A stretch of 64,000 nucleotides of DNA from Glycera tridactyla (lineage: Eukaryota). Under the pieces are notes generated by a model. That model did not search any database, was not told where the DNA came from, and was given only the letters and a program-made list of their open reading frames with translations. The translations under genes were made by a program, and so were the position numbers. Each line of letters opens with the position of its first letter. Within the stretch, counting starts at the first letter, position 1. Location of the stretch: positions 27,094,001-27,158,000 of the forward strand of contig OZ286477.1 in the NCBI GenBank assembly GCA_965644265.1, written 5' to 3'. Positions 13,445 to 24,817 of this stretch are shown here, piece after piece.

Positions 13445-15546
13445 GTGAGTGTTACCTCATTTATTTCATTCAGTCCAGCTTTTAGTAAATCCCGCTGTAT
13501 ATATGTGCACTTTCATGGCATCTTCAACTCGTTGGATGTATTCTTTATCGACGTAAATAGGCAAACCATCCGTATATGTACTACGATTTATTCGGCTCCA
13601 CATTGAGAGACTGTCTCACTGATTGGTCATTTATGTGTGTATATATGGGGGCTTGGTACATGCTTGCCGTGGCGGCCATACTGTGGAGAGAAGCGTTGGT
13701 TTAGCATCAATCACTTATCGGTCGTTCTTTTAATAGCTCTCTCTGTCATGGCTGCCGCATCTTTCGCCCGTTCAAACCATTTCACGATCCCAGAATCCAC
13801 CCACGAATGTATTTGTTTATTTTCTAACTGAGGGCGATATGGGACTGGATGCATATGGCCGATCTGGTCAACTCACTCGTCCATTGGTCAGTTCGCACCA
13901 GCTTCTCAACCCATCAGCGCCTTCGCCAGGCCATAACGTCAGGCCATAAAACCAACCGAATGGATGTCCATTTCAATGCTTTTGCTTTTTTATGCAAATA
14001 GTATATGGTAGATCGTTGAAATCTCATTTCACCCTCTGTTGATGCGTTATGTATGCATGCAATCACGCGACGCACGCACAGCTGCACACGCACGCACATG
14101 TATCGAAACACGCACGCACGCACATATCCACGAACACGCATGCGTATACTTGAATATGTACACGCCCCCATACAATTCGTAAAAACTTTCAAATTTCTTC
14201 ACTGTCATCGAAAAAAGGGTTTATCATTCGTTTTGATTGTCCATTGATATACTATTGTCAATGACCTTTTTCATATTGTATGGAAGGTTTCACTCATTAT
14301 CGATTAGTCATTTGATATCAACATCAAATGTGATAGTTTTTCATTCAGAAAACATGCAGACCACCACAAATCGGTGAAATTACTCAAGAAAGTGTGGATG
14401 GATTGATCGGCTGACAAATCAAAAGTGGTTTAATCTTCTATGTTTCACTCCCTAGTTTGAGGGGGTTTCTTCCTCCATTGATGGATTGGTGTTGGACCCT
14501 TGTTCAATAAAGACCAAGAACACCACCATTGATCGTGGCAAAATCTGGTCGTTGTGGCCAGTCAAGTTTGTCACAATAGGGTAGCTATTCACTCAGTGCC
14601 ACTCAGGTTGGTCTTCACAGGCAGGGTGCCCTAGTACAGAGGTGGTCTGTCTAGCATGTTCGACTACATGGCAAATTGTTGACAAGATGTTGAGTGAAGT
14701 TTGATGATTTTCACCAGCTGAAGGCAGGTCATCCCACCATGCGATATATTTCCACCTCCTCCTCCCCACTTAACGATAGGTTTTTCTTAACCAGTCCATT
14801 GGCAGGTAGACTTGAAATTCATCAGCCAGGTGGGAGGAATTACCTGTCAGATGATAGAGGATCGATTCTTACCTAACTATTTCCAGTAAGGGATTGGTGT
14901 ATAGTAGAACCTGATTCAAAGACCAACTATATACAAATCTCATCACCTTTTACCAAGACCACCTGTCTAATGGTGAGTTCTTAGATGGTTTCGAATATTT
15001 TTCCTACCATTAACCGATGCAGGGTTCCCGTGACTCACGAGGAACAATATATGAATCAAATTTTTTTTCGGAGAGATGGGAGGAAAATTTGTGGTCCGAA
15101 AAATGCTATCAAATGTTTGATTCTCCGTGCCTCCTCTGAACTCTCAATTCAGTTGGAGTTTTTTTTTTGAAAAAAAAGACAGCAGATTTCTCCATGTTTT
15201 TTTTTTGGAGAAGAAAAGTCAGCAGCTTTCTCCATTTGTTTCACTCTAACGGCTTTGCGTGACTAGTAAATTACTTAACGAATGCAAAGTTCCATGCGTG
15301 TAAAGGGGCGATTGATATGTTCGCGCCTGCTATGTAAATGTTCGTTGAGAATTGCCCGCTAAATAGATATATTTGCCCCCCTAATCAGTGCATGGAGAAA
15401 GTTATTGAGTATATTAGGAAGAGATGCAGGGGTTGTGGCCCCTGCGCACGCTACAACCTCTCAACAAAGCTATTTTATAATTTTCTGCGCCGACGCAATT
15501 GATGCGCCATATTTCGACCTTGCTGTTAACCCTTTGTTCGACGCTA

Positions 15547-15563
15547 CTCCCATCTGGTGGCAA
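15547..15563 (-). promoter_or_regulatory. CTCF-like binding site
   Basis: Minus strand reads TTGCCACCAGATGGGAG. Confidence 0.5.
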
Positions 15564-15752
15564 ACATAGATATACATAAAGTAGGTTACAGGTCGAGTTA
15601 TGTGTATTGCCCCGATTGGCGCTTTATCAGTGCTATCATCAGCATGGATACAACGTTCTTTCATCTAGGTCAGGGAGAACTTCACTGATATACACCTGAT
15701 ATGATTTCGATAACAAAGTAAAAGTGACATCCTGTGAAGTGGGTTGGGTTAC

Positions 15753-15805
15753 CTTTTTCATCGTCTGAACGATATACTGCCATACTGAAACTTTCCCGCC
15801 AGAAA
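15753..15805 (-). CDS. Candidate internal exon, unknown protein
   Basis: Acceptor ctactttgcctcag, donor AAG|gtaacc; two frames open (SGGKVSVWQYIVQTMKK or FWRESFSMAVYRSDDEK). Confidence 0.2.
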
Positions 15806-16344
15806 CTGAGGCAAAGTAGATATATCAGTCATCAGTCCATGGGGCTCCTTTCACTGAGGGCGTGGGTGCATTCAATAAGGCGTGCGTGCTCCTAATAACC
15901 ATGGTTCCCTGAGAAAACCAAGGTATTTGACAGCACCTAGGCCATACTGAGCCCGAACACATTTTAGTGAGACGGACCCTATGGCCAATTGAATCTAGTT
16001 TCTATCTTCTTCCTGAGTGATATAATCAGTCTATCTTGCAGTCTGTTCAGTTGCCAGAGGCATATGATACAAGGGGCCCTCCATACATGTCAGCACCAGT
16101 ACACATAGGTTCAGTTGATTGACATTTGGTGCAAACATGTGACCCAGAAAGCACGTGCGGTTTGAAGGTAGCCGCCAGCGTGGAGGCTGAGGCAGAGTGA
16201 GAAAAAGTGTGTTGAAAAAAATATGGGTTGCTTAAAAAGGCGGGAGCGACTTGGGAGACTGACTTGCATGACGATCCTGCTGGTAGCTTGCAAATATGTT
16301 GTGAAAGGTAGGTGACCTGTATAGTGTAGGCTGAGAGTGAGGAA

Positions 16345-16379
16345 GTGGAAAGAGAGAAAGAGAGAAAGCATGTACGAGG

Positions 16380-16416
<37 letters not shown>

Positions 16417-16585
16417 GAGCGGATTGACAAACTGACAAGCAGATGCTTGATAGACCGTTAGATTCTAACCGACAGACAGGCAGACAGACAGAGAGACAGT
16501 GGACGCACTTCAAGTCAGTCAGCCAGTCAGTTGGTTCGCCAGTCAGTCGGTCAGTCAGTCAGTCAGTCAGTCAGTCAGTCAGATC
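16345..16585. repeat. (CAGA)n/(CAGT)n microsatellite
   Basis: Direct reading. Confidence 0.95.
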
Positions 16586-16739
16586 ATCTGGCAGGTAGGA
16601 CAATGAGCCTGAGTTCAATGGTTGGATACATGGATGTAAATAAAATCTTACAGGATTTATCATCATGTTCAGTACAAGGACAAGTTTTCTGGTAGGCACC
16701 TAATTGAGAACGCAGAAAGGTAGTCAGTCAAATTGTTGA

Positions 16740-17190
16740 GTAGGTAGGTGAGTAGTTGTGTAGNNNNNNNNNNNNNNNNNNNNNNNNNNNNNNNNNNNNN
16801 NNNNNNNNNNNNNNNNNNNNNNNNNNNNNNNNNNNNNNNNNNNNNNNNNNNNNNNNNNNNNNNNNNNNNNNNNNNNNNNNNNNNNNNNNNNNNNNNNNNN
16901 NNNNNNNNNNNNNNNNNNNNNNNNNNNNNNNNNNNNNNNNGGTAGCTAGGTAGGTAGGTGGGAAGGCAGGCAGGCANNNNNNNNNNNNNNNNNNNNNNNN
17001 NNNNNNNNNNNNNNNNNNNNNNNNNNNNNNNNNNNNNNNNNNNNNNNNNNNNNNNNNNNNNNNNNNNNNNNNNNNNNNNNNNNNNNNNNNNNNNNNNNNN
17101 NNNNNNNNNNNNNNNNNNNNNNNNNNNNNNNNNNNNNNNNNNNNNNNNNNNNNNNNNNNNNNNNNNNNNNNNNNNNNNNNNNNNNNNNNN
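16740..17190. repeat. (GGTA)n microsatellite, mostly N-masked
   Basis: GGTA/GGCA units border the N runs. Confidence 0.85.
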
Positions 17191-17800
17191 NAGGTGGCTG
17201 GCTGTCTGTGAGAAACTATACTTTCTCCACTGCATGAACTTTGACCTGTATCCCTGTAAGATGAACATCAACTTTTCATTTTAGCATATAGTAGAGGAGC
17301 TTATGTAGTCCCGTGTGCATGGAATGTTAATTTTATCCAACTTACCCAATAATCTTCCATATGATCCAGGCTTTTGAAAAATGCTTGTTGGAAATTTTTC
17401 TGATGGGCATTGGGGTCAATGTCAAAGGTCAAAGGTCAGGTGAGGTCAGATCCCAGGTATGTGGCAAATAAGGGATAGAAATCTGTTAAATGATTTGGAA
17501 AATCACATAAATCATCTATAGGGACACAGAAAACAATGTATCACAATAGCACAACTAAAAATAGGAACATTTTGATACCAAAATCGCTAGAAAAGGAAAC
17601 ATTTTGAAAAAAAAGGATAAGATCATGGAGAATACATGACACATGGTTCATGTATAATCAGATTCATAAGTTGACATCCAGGTACAGATTAAGTTCATAT
17701 CAGATCTACATTATGTGGACATTTACACAATATAATGGTGTGGTCTGACACAAGGGGAGGAGGGGGGGCTATACGGATAGCAGTTATGTATTTTCATCAG

Positions 17801-17859
17801 AATGATGATCCATCCCCGTGACCCCAACTGGCTGTTCAGTGGATCCTGTGATGCAGCAT
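17801..17859 (+). CDS. Candidate exon with a WD40-like segment
   Basis: Acceptor gtattttcatcag, donor CAT|gtgagt. Only one frame is open, MMIHPRDPNWLFSGSCDAA, resembling the WD40 'xHPxxPxxLxSGSxD' pattern. Confidence 0.3.
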
Positions 17860-18978
17860 GTGAGTCCTGATATAAATAAGACTGTGCCAGAAATGTATTT
17901 CATTGCAAATCATAATTATGAGAATATTCAAGAGTTTCAGCATCTAGGATCATGAAAACTCATGGAGACTGTGTAATTCTCTTGCATTCAACTGATGACC
18001 TGTTCTGACTGATGTTGTTATTATCTGCATCATGTTTCACATTAGCCAGTGTTTCGTAATGCAGGGTTGCATCGAGATTTGCACAATTAGGGAACTCTTC
18101 TCCTGAAAATCTCTCATGGATATGTTAACATGATATGGGACACCTGCAACCCCCTCGCTCATCTCAGGGGCTTCCTAGCCCCAAATCGCCATGAAAAGTG
18201 GCCCACACCAAACAGAATGTGTGAAATACCCCATGCCCCCTCTAGATGCAAGCCTGGAAATGTATTCAGAAAGGAATACCAATGATATTAGTATTAGTAG
18301 ATGCCACATCAGCATGTTTCAATGAGAACTTCCGAGTCCGGCAATTGCTTGTGAAACAGGGATAGAGATATCAAGGCAAGGATTTTTTCATCCGGTCTAA
18401 TCACACATCATTGTTGGAAAGTATGCAGCTTTCAGGATCTTTATCCAAAGCCTTCGGTCAGTGCATGGCTTATGCAATCAGTTTCTTGCATCAATATCAG
18501 TTTAAGATGTCTGGGGTGTCTAGCTACCATCATGAGCTGACAAAGCACTCAGAATTCTACCATCTGCTTTCAGGAAACCCATCAGGTATGCTCCATTGCT
18601 TCTTCCTGCGAATCACCCTGTCTGATTACAGTGAAAGCATGTAATCCAGTGAGATCTTTACCGATGGCACAATGGCTTAGAGTGGGTGAAAGGAAAGTTT
18701 CCCAGTGATCCATAGAGTACCAGTCACAACCCAGACAATGAGATCTAGTTTCATCAAAAACGTTTACCAAACATCTGATGCATCAAATGTTCTGAACTGC
18801 ATTTCCCAGCACTGCACGATGAAAGTTCATGAGGTTCACACAAGCCTATGAATTGATAGTCAGACACATGCCAGAGTAGCATCATCTGTGCCATCAGGTT
18901 GAGTCAGAAGTTTTCTATTTAAAATTCATCGTGACACTACATAGGATCAAGTCACCAAATTCTGCCAGTCTATATATA

Positions 18979-19063
18979 CAGTAAAACCTGTCTATAGTGG
19001 AAAGTCACGGGCCAGATTTTTCTATTCACTGTAGGCAGGATTTCACTATAGCAGGTTTTACTG
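18979..19063. mobile_element. 85-bp Tc1/mariner-type MITE
   Basis: TIRs CAGTAAAACCTG(T)CTATAGTG...CACTATAGCAGGTTTTACTG, flanked by TA on both sides. Confidence 0.85.
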
Positions 19064-19241
19064 TACATGTACACTATGCATCATAGAATATCAAGTGAAT
19101 ATTTAGTGCTTAAATCTCCGGGCACAAGAGTTGATCAGTTGTTCATCAAACTTCATTTGAATGGAATCTTCCTTCATGACAGATTAGAAGGCTGGGAGGA
19201 CATTTAGTTCACTTTCAAATTTTCTGCACTCACTGTCACTC

Positions 19242-19318
19242 ATGGATGGATGTATGGAGGGATGGATGTCTAGATGGATGGATGGATGGATGGATGGATT
19301 GATGGATGGATGGATACA
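19242..19318. repeat. (GGAT)n microsatellite
   Basis: Direct reading. Confidence 0.95.
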
Positions 19319-19809
19319 GACACTGAATGAAAGGCATATGTGCAAACTGGCAACCTCCTCAATGATGAGCATTCGGGCCTGCCATACTCGGCAGCGATGG
19401 AGCCTACATCAACCACACACCCATCCAGCCTATGGCCTATCTCGTGGTGGCCATATTGGTGCCATAGGCTACAGCAGTTGGAAATCACCAATGACTTTGT
19501 TTCTCAGATATGTAACATGACATGAATATGATACATTGAATGAATGAAAATCCAATATTTGCCCGGCAGTTCTGATTTTTTAGGTGACCTAAAATGCTGA
19601 AAAAAAGACATGAAATTCCAAACTCAGGACACAAATGTGTATCTAACTTTTTGACATGGACATCTGCTAATTTCATAAAATGGTGAATTTCGATAATTTT
19701 TTAGTAGGCCAGCAAACATGAGCAGTAGGCATTCTAACTAAAGTTTTGAAGGCAGTCTCCTTTATTCAAATAATAAAAGAACTGATATGTGTCATTTTTT
19801 ATCAAAGTA

Positions 19810-20194
19810 CAGTCAAACCTGCTTGAGAAACCACCTCTCTCTAAAGGCCACCTTGAGCTGCAACCATGATAGAATTTTCAACAGTATATGACCCCTCTTC
19901 AAAGACCACCTGCCTATAAACCCAGTGCATGCCGACTGGGATATCAAAGGCCGGCCGTGCTGATAGGAGTCTTTTCCTTGACGCACGTTAAAGATCCACT
20001 GCTGTCTTTCGCAAAGAGTAGGGACGGCCCCCGGCAGGCAGTGACTCTTTTCTTCAGCATTTTCAGTTTTTTTTTCAGTCCGATATAACCCAAGTGGGTT
20101 TAAGTGACGTTAAACTTAAACAAACAACAACCACCTGCCTATAAAGGCCACTTTTCATGTAACTGAAGGTGGCCTTCATAGACAGGTTTGACTG
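19810..20194. mobile_element. Tc1/mariner-type MITE interrupted by a SINE
   Basis: TIRs CAGTCAAACCTG...CAGGTTTGACTG; TA on the left, TG on the right; internal repeated ACCACCT motifs. Confidence 0.85.
19921..20129 (+). mobile_element. 5'-truncated SINE
   Basis: 16-bp TSD ACCACCTGCCTATAAA (19905-19920 and 20130-20145). Tail GACGTTAAACTTAAACAAACAAC. Central GCACGTTAAAGATCC...TTCGCAAAGAGTAGGG...CCCCGG resembles, from memory, conserved SINE central domains (Deu/Nin/Meta type). Confidence 0.75.
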
Positions 20195-20757
20195 TGCACA
20201 TCATTCTATCACAGATAGGCTAATGAAATGAACAGGTAGGATTCCTCATAACAGAAGAGATTAAATGAGAAGCTGTAGGCTTCAAAGAGCCGTAATCATT
20301 TCACTGCTCATAGTTGCGGTCAGTGTGGTGGGTGAGACATATCGCCCCTCCTCAGATTGCCTCTTCAGGGTCATTAGTGATGGGCATCCTGTGGTGCTGA
20401 GGTGATTAAAACAGCATTCACGGGACACCAGATGTGATGGCAAGCCAACTTCATAAAACATTTTTCTATCATAATTCATCTAATTTAGCATCAATTTTCT
20501 CAATGAAAATCCAACAGAAAAATTTCCAACAACCATTTCTGTATTCCCTGGATTGTGCTGAATCCACTGATATATGTTGCATAAAATTAACATCCAATGC
20601 ACACGGGACCTAAATATGCTACATAAGCCCCTCTACTAATACTTGGGCTACAATGACTGTTAAATAATCAAACTTTTATCGTGGATTGACAACTGATGTC
20701 ATATGTATGTTATAGTTCGCCACTCATGGAATTGTGCATCGATACCATATACCATCA

Positions 20758-21125
20758 GAGCAGTATTTTAAAGGCAAAATATCTTAGCTGGCGAACTGTT
20801 GTTCCATACTGTACTTCGTATCAGTATTTGAAGGGCAAACAATCTCAGCTGGCGAACTGTTGTTCCATACTGTACTTCGTATCAGTATTTGAAGGGCAAA
20901 CAATCTCAGCTGGGGAACTATTGTTCGATACTGTACTCCGTATCAGTATTTGAAGGGCAAACAATCTTAGCTGGCGAGATGTTGTTCCATACTGTACTTC
21001 GTATCAGTATTTGAAGGGCAAACAATCTCAGCTGGCGAGATGTTGTTCCGTACTGTACTTCGTATCAGTATTTGAAGGGCAAAATATCTCAGCTGGAAAA
21101 CCGTTCTTCCATACTGTACTTCGTC
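20758..21125. repeat. 61-bp minisatellite, about 6 units
   Basis: Unit TATCAGTATTTGAAGGGCAAACAATCTCAGCTGGCGAACTGTTGTTCCATACTGTACTTCG; register shifts by 1 nt per 60-nt line. Confidence 0.97.
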
Positions 21126-21959
21126 TTACTACTGTACTCGTCTATTTCTATCATGTATCCCCCTGTTCATCTCAGGACTATCATTACAAAACACCTCAAT
21201 ATAAGCAGACTGGACGGAATTTGCATGTGATGAATGTGTACGTGGAGAAAATACTGTGTCCTCAGGGTATGTCTTATATCAATGGTGAGTTGGAATGTAC
21301 TTGGTAGGGGGGGGGGGTGCTTCCAGGGTAAAGTACTAATTCGCATAGCAGGCTGACAATCAATTATATAGTCAGCTATGTGGGTCATTTGAACCTGAAA
21401 AGTAGGGTGATTGGCCAAAAATGGGGGTAAAGCTCGGCCTCCAGTCATGGCATGTCTTCATGAATTATCAGAGTGGCTTGGTATAGGATCTGCATGTTTT
21501 GATTGATTGATGGACAAATGGACAAGAGCAAGGGATGGCCGATTGACTGACTGAATGGAAGGGTTGGTTGGCTGACAAACTTATTTGTCAATTAATCAAT
21601 TGAATAGCTGAGCTAGTGAAGACATCAGACNNNNNNNNNNNNNNNNNNNNNNNNNNNNNNNNNNNNNNNNNNNNNNNNNNNNNNNNNNNNNNNNNNNNNN
21701 NNNNNNNNNNNNNNNNNNNNNNNNNNNNNNNNNNNNNNNNNNNNNNNNNNNNNNNNNNNNNNNNNNNNNNNNNNNNNNNNNNNNNNNNNNNNNNNNNNNN
21801 NNNNNNNNNNNNNNNNNNNNNNNNNNNNNNNNNNNNNNNNNNNNNNNNNNNNNNNNNNNNNNNNNNNNNNNNGAGTTCAGTAGGCATGTAAATTCAGGGT
21901 TGAAGGATGGTCGGTAGGAAGATTGCCTCAATCAGGTCACCCAGACAGACGGATCCACA

Positions 21960-22157
21960 GACAAGAGCATTTTATGCTGATCATTTTGGATTTTAGATCA
22001 TGACCAGATCGGACCAGTGTTATCAGAGATCGAGCAAATAGTTTATATGCAGTCATAATAGCCATTAGGTAAAAGTTGTGGGGGTATCTAGGTCCATGAG
22101 AAAAGGGCCTGCGGTCAGGTTTTCTGGGTTTTGGGTTGTGAGCCAATCACATCCCTG
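21960..22157. mobile_element. Dispersed repeat family B (ends CCAATCACATCCCTG), copy 1
   Basis: Shares GATCATGA, ATCGGACC and GGTTGTGAGCCAATCACATCCCTG with 29470-29686 and 40330-40530. Confidence 0.7.
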
Positions 22158-22318
22158 TTTGATGAATGGTTGGAAAGGTTGTTGAACTATTGTTTCATGT
22201 AGATATATTTTTGGAGAGTAGATGAGTCCACCACTTGCATACAATAGGTGCTGGACTCTTCTATCAGATTAGAACCTGACCTGTGCATGCAATTTACCAA
22301 GCATGAACATCTCTGGAG

Positions 22319-22470
22319 CAGTGATGCAAATCCTGAATTCAGGAATTTTGTCACGAAATTCAAAATCCAAAGATTTCTGGAACTGGGCTGGAAGTTTCAA
22401 AACTGGTGCTTTTTGTTACATGGGGTGGTTTCAGGAAATTTGGTCAGGTTTCAGGAATTTCTGAATAAAG
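22319..22470. mobile_element. MITE, CAGTGATG family, right end lost
   Basis: Starts CAGTGATGCAAATCCTGAATTCAGG; contains ATGGGGTGGTTTCAGGAAATTTGGTCAGGTT as in the 1801 copy. Confidence 0.65.
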
Positions 22471-22639
22471 GTGAGCAACCATAATGTTTTCATTCCGCCA
22501 GAGATATTCCACTTTGTAAGTGAATGTAGTGGTTCAGAGTCTGGCATTCTTGGCAAGTTCACCCGACAATTATGTCCCTCAGCAGGCCTATCCAAGCTCG
22601 AGTCATTCTCATCTCCCTGTGGGGTATAGAACCACAGAC

Positions 22640-22880
22640 ACAGAGTTATCTACATGGGCTAAGCATACTATAACCACCATTCACAACTTGGTGAAGTGGA
22701 GTGGTGGAGTACAGAGGTTCTACTAAGTTACCTCCACCCAGAAGTGTCTCCTTAGTGAGTAGCGCAGATCATACAGATCTGAGTAATGATGCAGGTCCGG
22801 TATGGAATGGTGAGCCTTGTCAATCTGAGGAGGAGCCCTGCTCACTATTTTTAAACACTGCTACTCAGTTGAGAATCGGA
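22640..22880 (-). mobile_element. Old dispersed repeat, possibly a tRNA-derived SINE (copy 1)
   Basis: Reverse complement aligns to 28690-28890 (TGAGCAGG..CTCAG; CATTCCATACCGGA vs CATTCAATACCAGA; CACCACT..TTCACC.AG.TGTGAATGG). Confidence 0.55.
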
Positions 22881-23239
22881 GTGTTTGCACCTACGTTAAC
22901 TTGCCACCCTATATCTGCATTGTATGTTGTCCTAATCCCGCGGGCACTTGCTTAGGAGATGTCTGACTCTATTTGAATGTTCAACTTTTGCACACAATGG
23001 AAAGCAGATGATCTTGCGTGGTGATGGGGGGAGGGGGTAATTTATATGGCAATTCGAGACTTTCGGGGTTGTCAAGAAAAATATATTTCAGACCAGTTAA
23101 TTTACTGTTATTTGAGTATGTCTTCCTTATAACCAACAACATCCATCTTTTGATACATTTCACGAGTGAATTCGAATACCGCCTGTCTTATTTTCTCACT
23201 CTGTCGGGACTTCGAGGCAAGACTTTTTCCATTCCCATG

Positions 23240-23505
23240 CAAGGCATGCAGTTGATTTCAGGGTCAGTCTTCGTCCATTCTCAAGGCATGCAGTAGTTCT
23301 CAAGGTCAGTCTTGGTCCATTCCCAGGGCATGTAGTTGTTCTCAAGGCCAGTCGTGATCAATTCCCAAGGCATGCAGTTGTTTACAAGGTCAGTCTTGGT
23401 TTATTCCAAAGGCATACAGCTGTTTCCAAGGCCAGTCTTGGTCCATTCCCAAGGCATGTAGTTGTTTTCGATACCAGTAATTTTCAAGGCAATTCCTAAG
23501 GCATG
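23240..23505. repeat. 42-bp minisatellite, about 6 units
   Basis: Unit CAAGGCATGCAGTTGTTCTCAAGGTCAGTCTTGGTCCATTCC; stops in every frame I translated across the array. Confidence 0.95.
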
Positions 23506-23789
23506 CTGACAATGGTCACGATCACCCTCGTATCAGCATAATAGCTCACTTGCTCGTGCTATAATTGAATGATCCACTTTCGGAGAAGCTTTGGAAGAAT
23601 TGATCCCTTTTTTCCATGATTACTTTGGGTGCATGAACCTCTATATTTGAAGGTCGTTGAACCACACAGCCGGTCACCCATCAAATGAAAATGAGTTTTG
23701 GTTCTGATGAATGAAATGGAAGGTGTATAATGCATTTGTGTGTGTGTGTGGGGGGGGGGGGGGTACGTGAAGGGGTGGGTGACAGTTGG

Positions 23790-24480
23790 GTGGAGGTTGG
23801 CGCAGGTCCGTTGGGGGCGACAGGCCTAGTGGCGAACAGGTCAGCTCATTAAGCGCGCACAAAGCCGCCATGTTCGTCGTTGCCAGCTCGGGGAGAAGCA
23901 TTCATCCATATTCCACTCTACAATTTATCGTCACTAAACTCAATACCGACAGGACGAGCCGCCATGCCGCACACAACCCCTCTCCATCGTCTTAACCCTT
24001 TTAACTCCATCTTCAAATTATCCACATACCCCAGTTCCACATCAACACCTCTTCCCCGCTTACCCCTTCATACACATGTTTCAAATTACAAATACGTAGT
24101 AGATAATTACAGATGTGAATCTGTTGAATTTAACGCTCTTCAGAGCTCGGGTATTGATTGGATTTCTCACAGCCATTGCTATCTTCTTCAGAAGCTCCAA
24201 GAGACAGTGATTAATACCCAGGTGGAGTGCTGCGGCCTAAAAGCTATCTGCAGAGTGTTATAAATCTCGCGCCCCACGGGATTGTTGTGAATTCTCGCGT
24301 TATTTGCAGATCGCACTCTACTCGGGTGAATCCTTGCAGAGATATCCATTTCCTTCTTTCTTTCTTTTTGGCGATGAACTTGCGCGCGTGTGTGCGCGCT
24401 CACGTACGCAGGAGGTCATTAGGAGAGCGATATAGCTCTAAAAGTCAGACAGGAACCCGGATGTGCGAGCAGTGTCTTTA
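23790..24480. promoter_or_regulatory. CpG-rich promoter-like region
   Basis: Minus-strand AACATGGCGGC (YY1-like) near 23865, a second GCCGCCATG, and GCGCGCGTGTGTGCGCGC near 24380. Confidence 0.4.
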
Positions 24481-24799
24481 AGAATTTCCGGAGAACGCCA
24501 TCAAGGGACTAATTCAGAGATATTGCATGAGAGAGTTTCACAATAAAATATGTTGGGGGTGATTCATATGCTACACGTCACGATTAGTGAAATAGACATT
24601 TGATATCCAGATTCTGTGGCCGACGTCGCGTGTTCTAATACGTAATACAATTACGTCTCGCCGGGAGGTCTCCGCTTTCAATAGGACGACGGGCACCCGT
24701 CGACACCTTCAGAAGATTGACGACCCGTCTAAGCCCGATCCTCTTCAGTAGCGGGGAGAGGCAGAGCGATCAATTTCTCAGAGTGATGCTGGTAATCCA

Positions 24800-24817
24800 T
24801 GCCACCAGGTGGCAGCA
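24800..24817 (+). promoter_or_regulatory. CTCF-like binding site
   Basis: TGCCACCAGGTGGCAGCA, matching the CTCF core consensus. Confidence 0.6.

Noticed and set aside
14870-15805. Joined exons giving ...MKKVLLYTNPLLE, myosin-motor-like
   Set aside because: The invariant AFGNAKT and GESGAGKT motifs are absent; coincidental.
19270-19491. HEIGH zinc-metalloprotease-like motif in a minus-strand ORF
   Set aside because: No downstream GxxH or Met-turn, no good donor site, and the ORF runs into a microsatellite.
20758-21125. CRISPR-like array
   Set aside because: No unique spacers, no cas genes, and a eukaryotic context.
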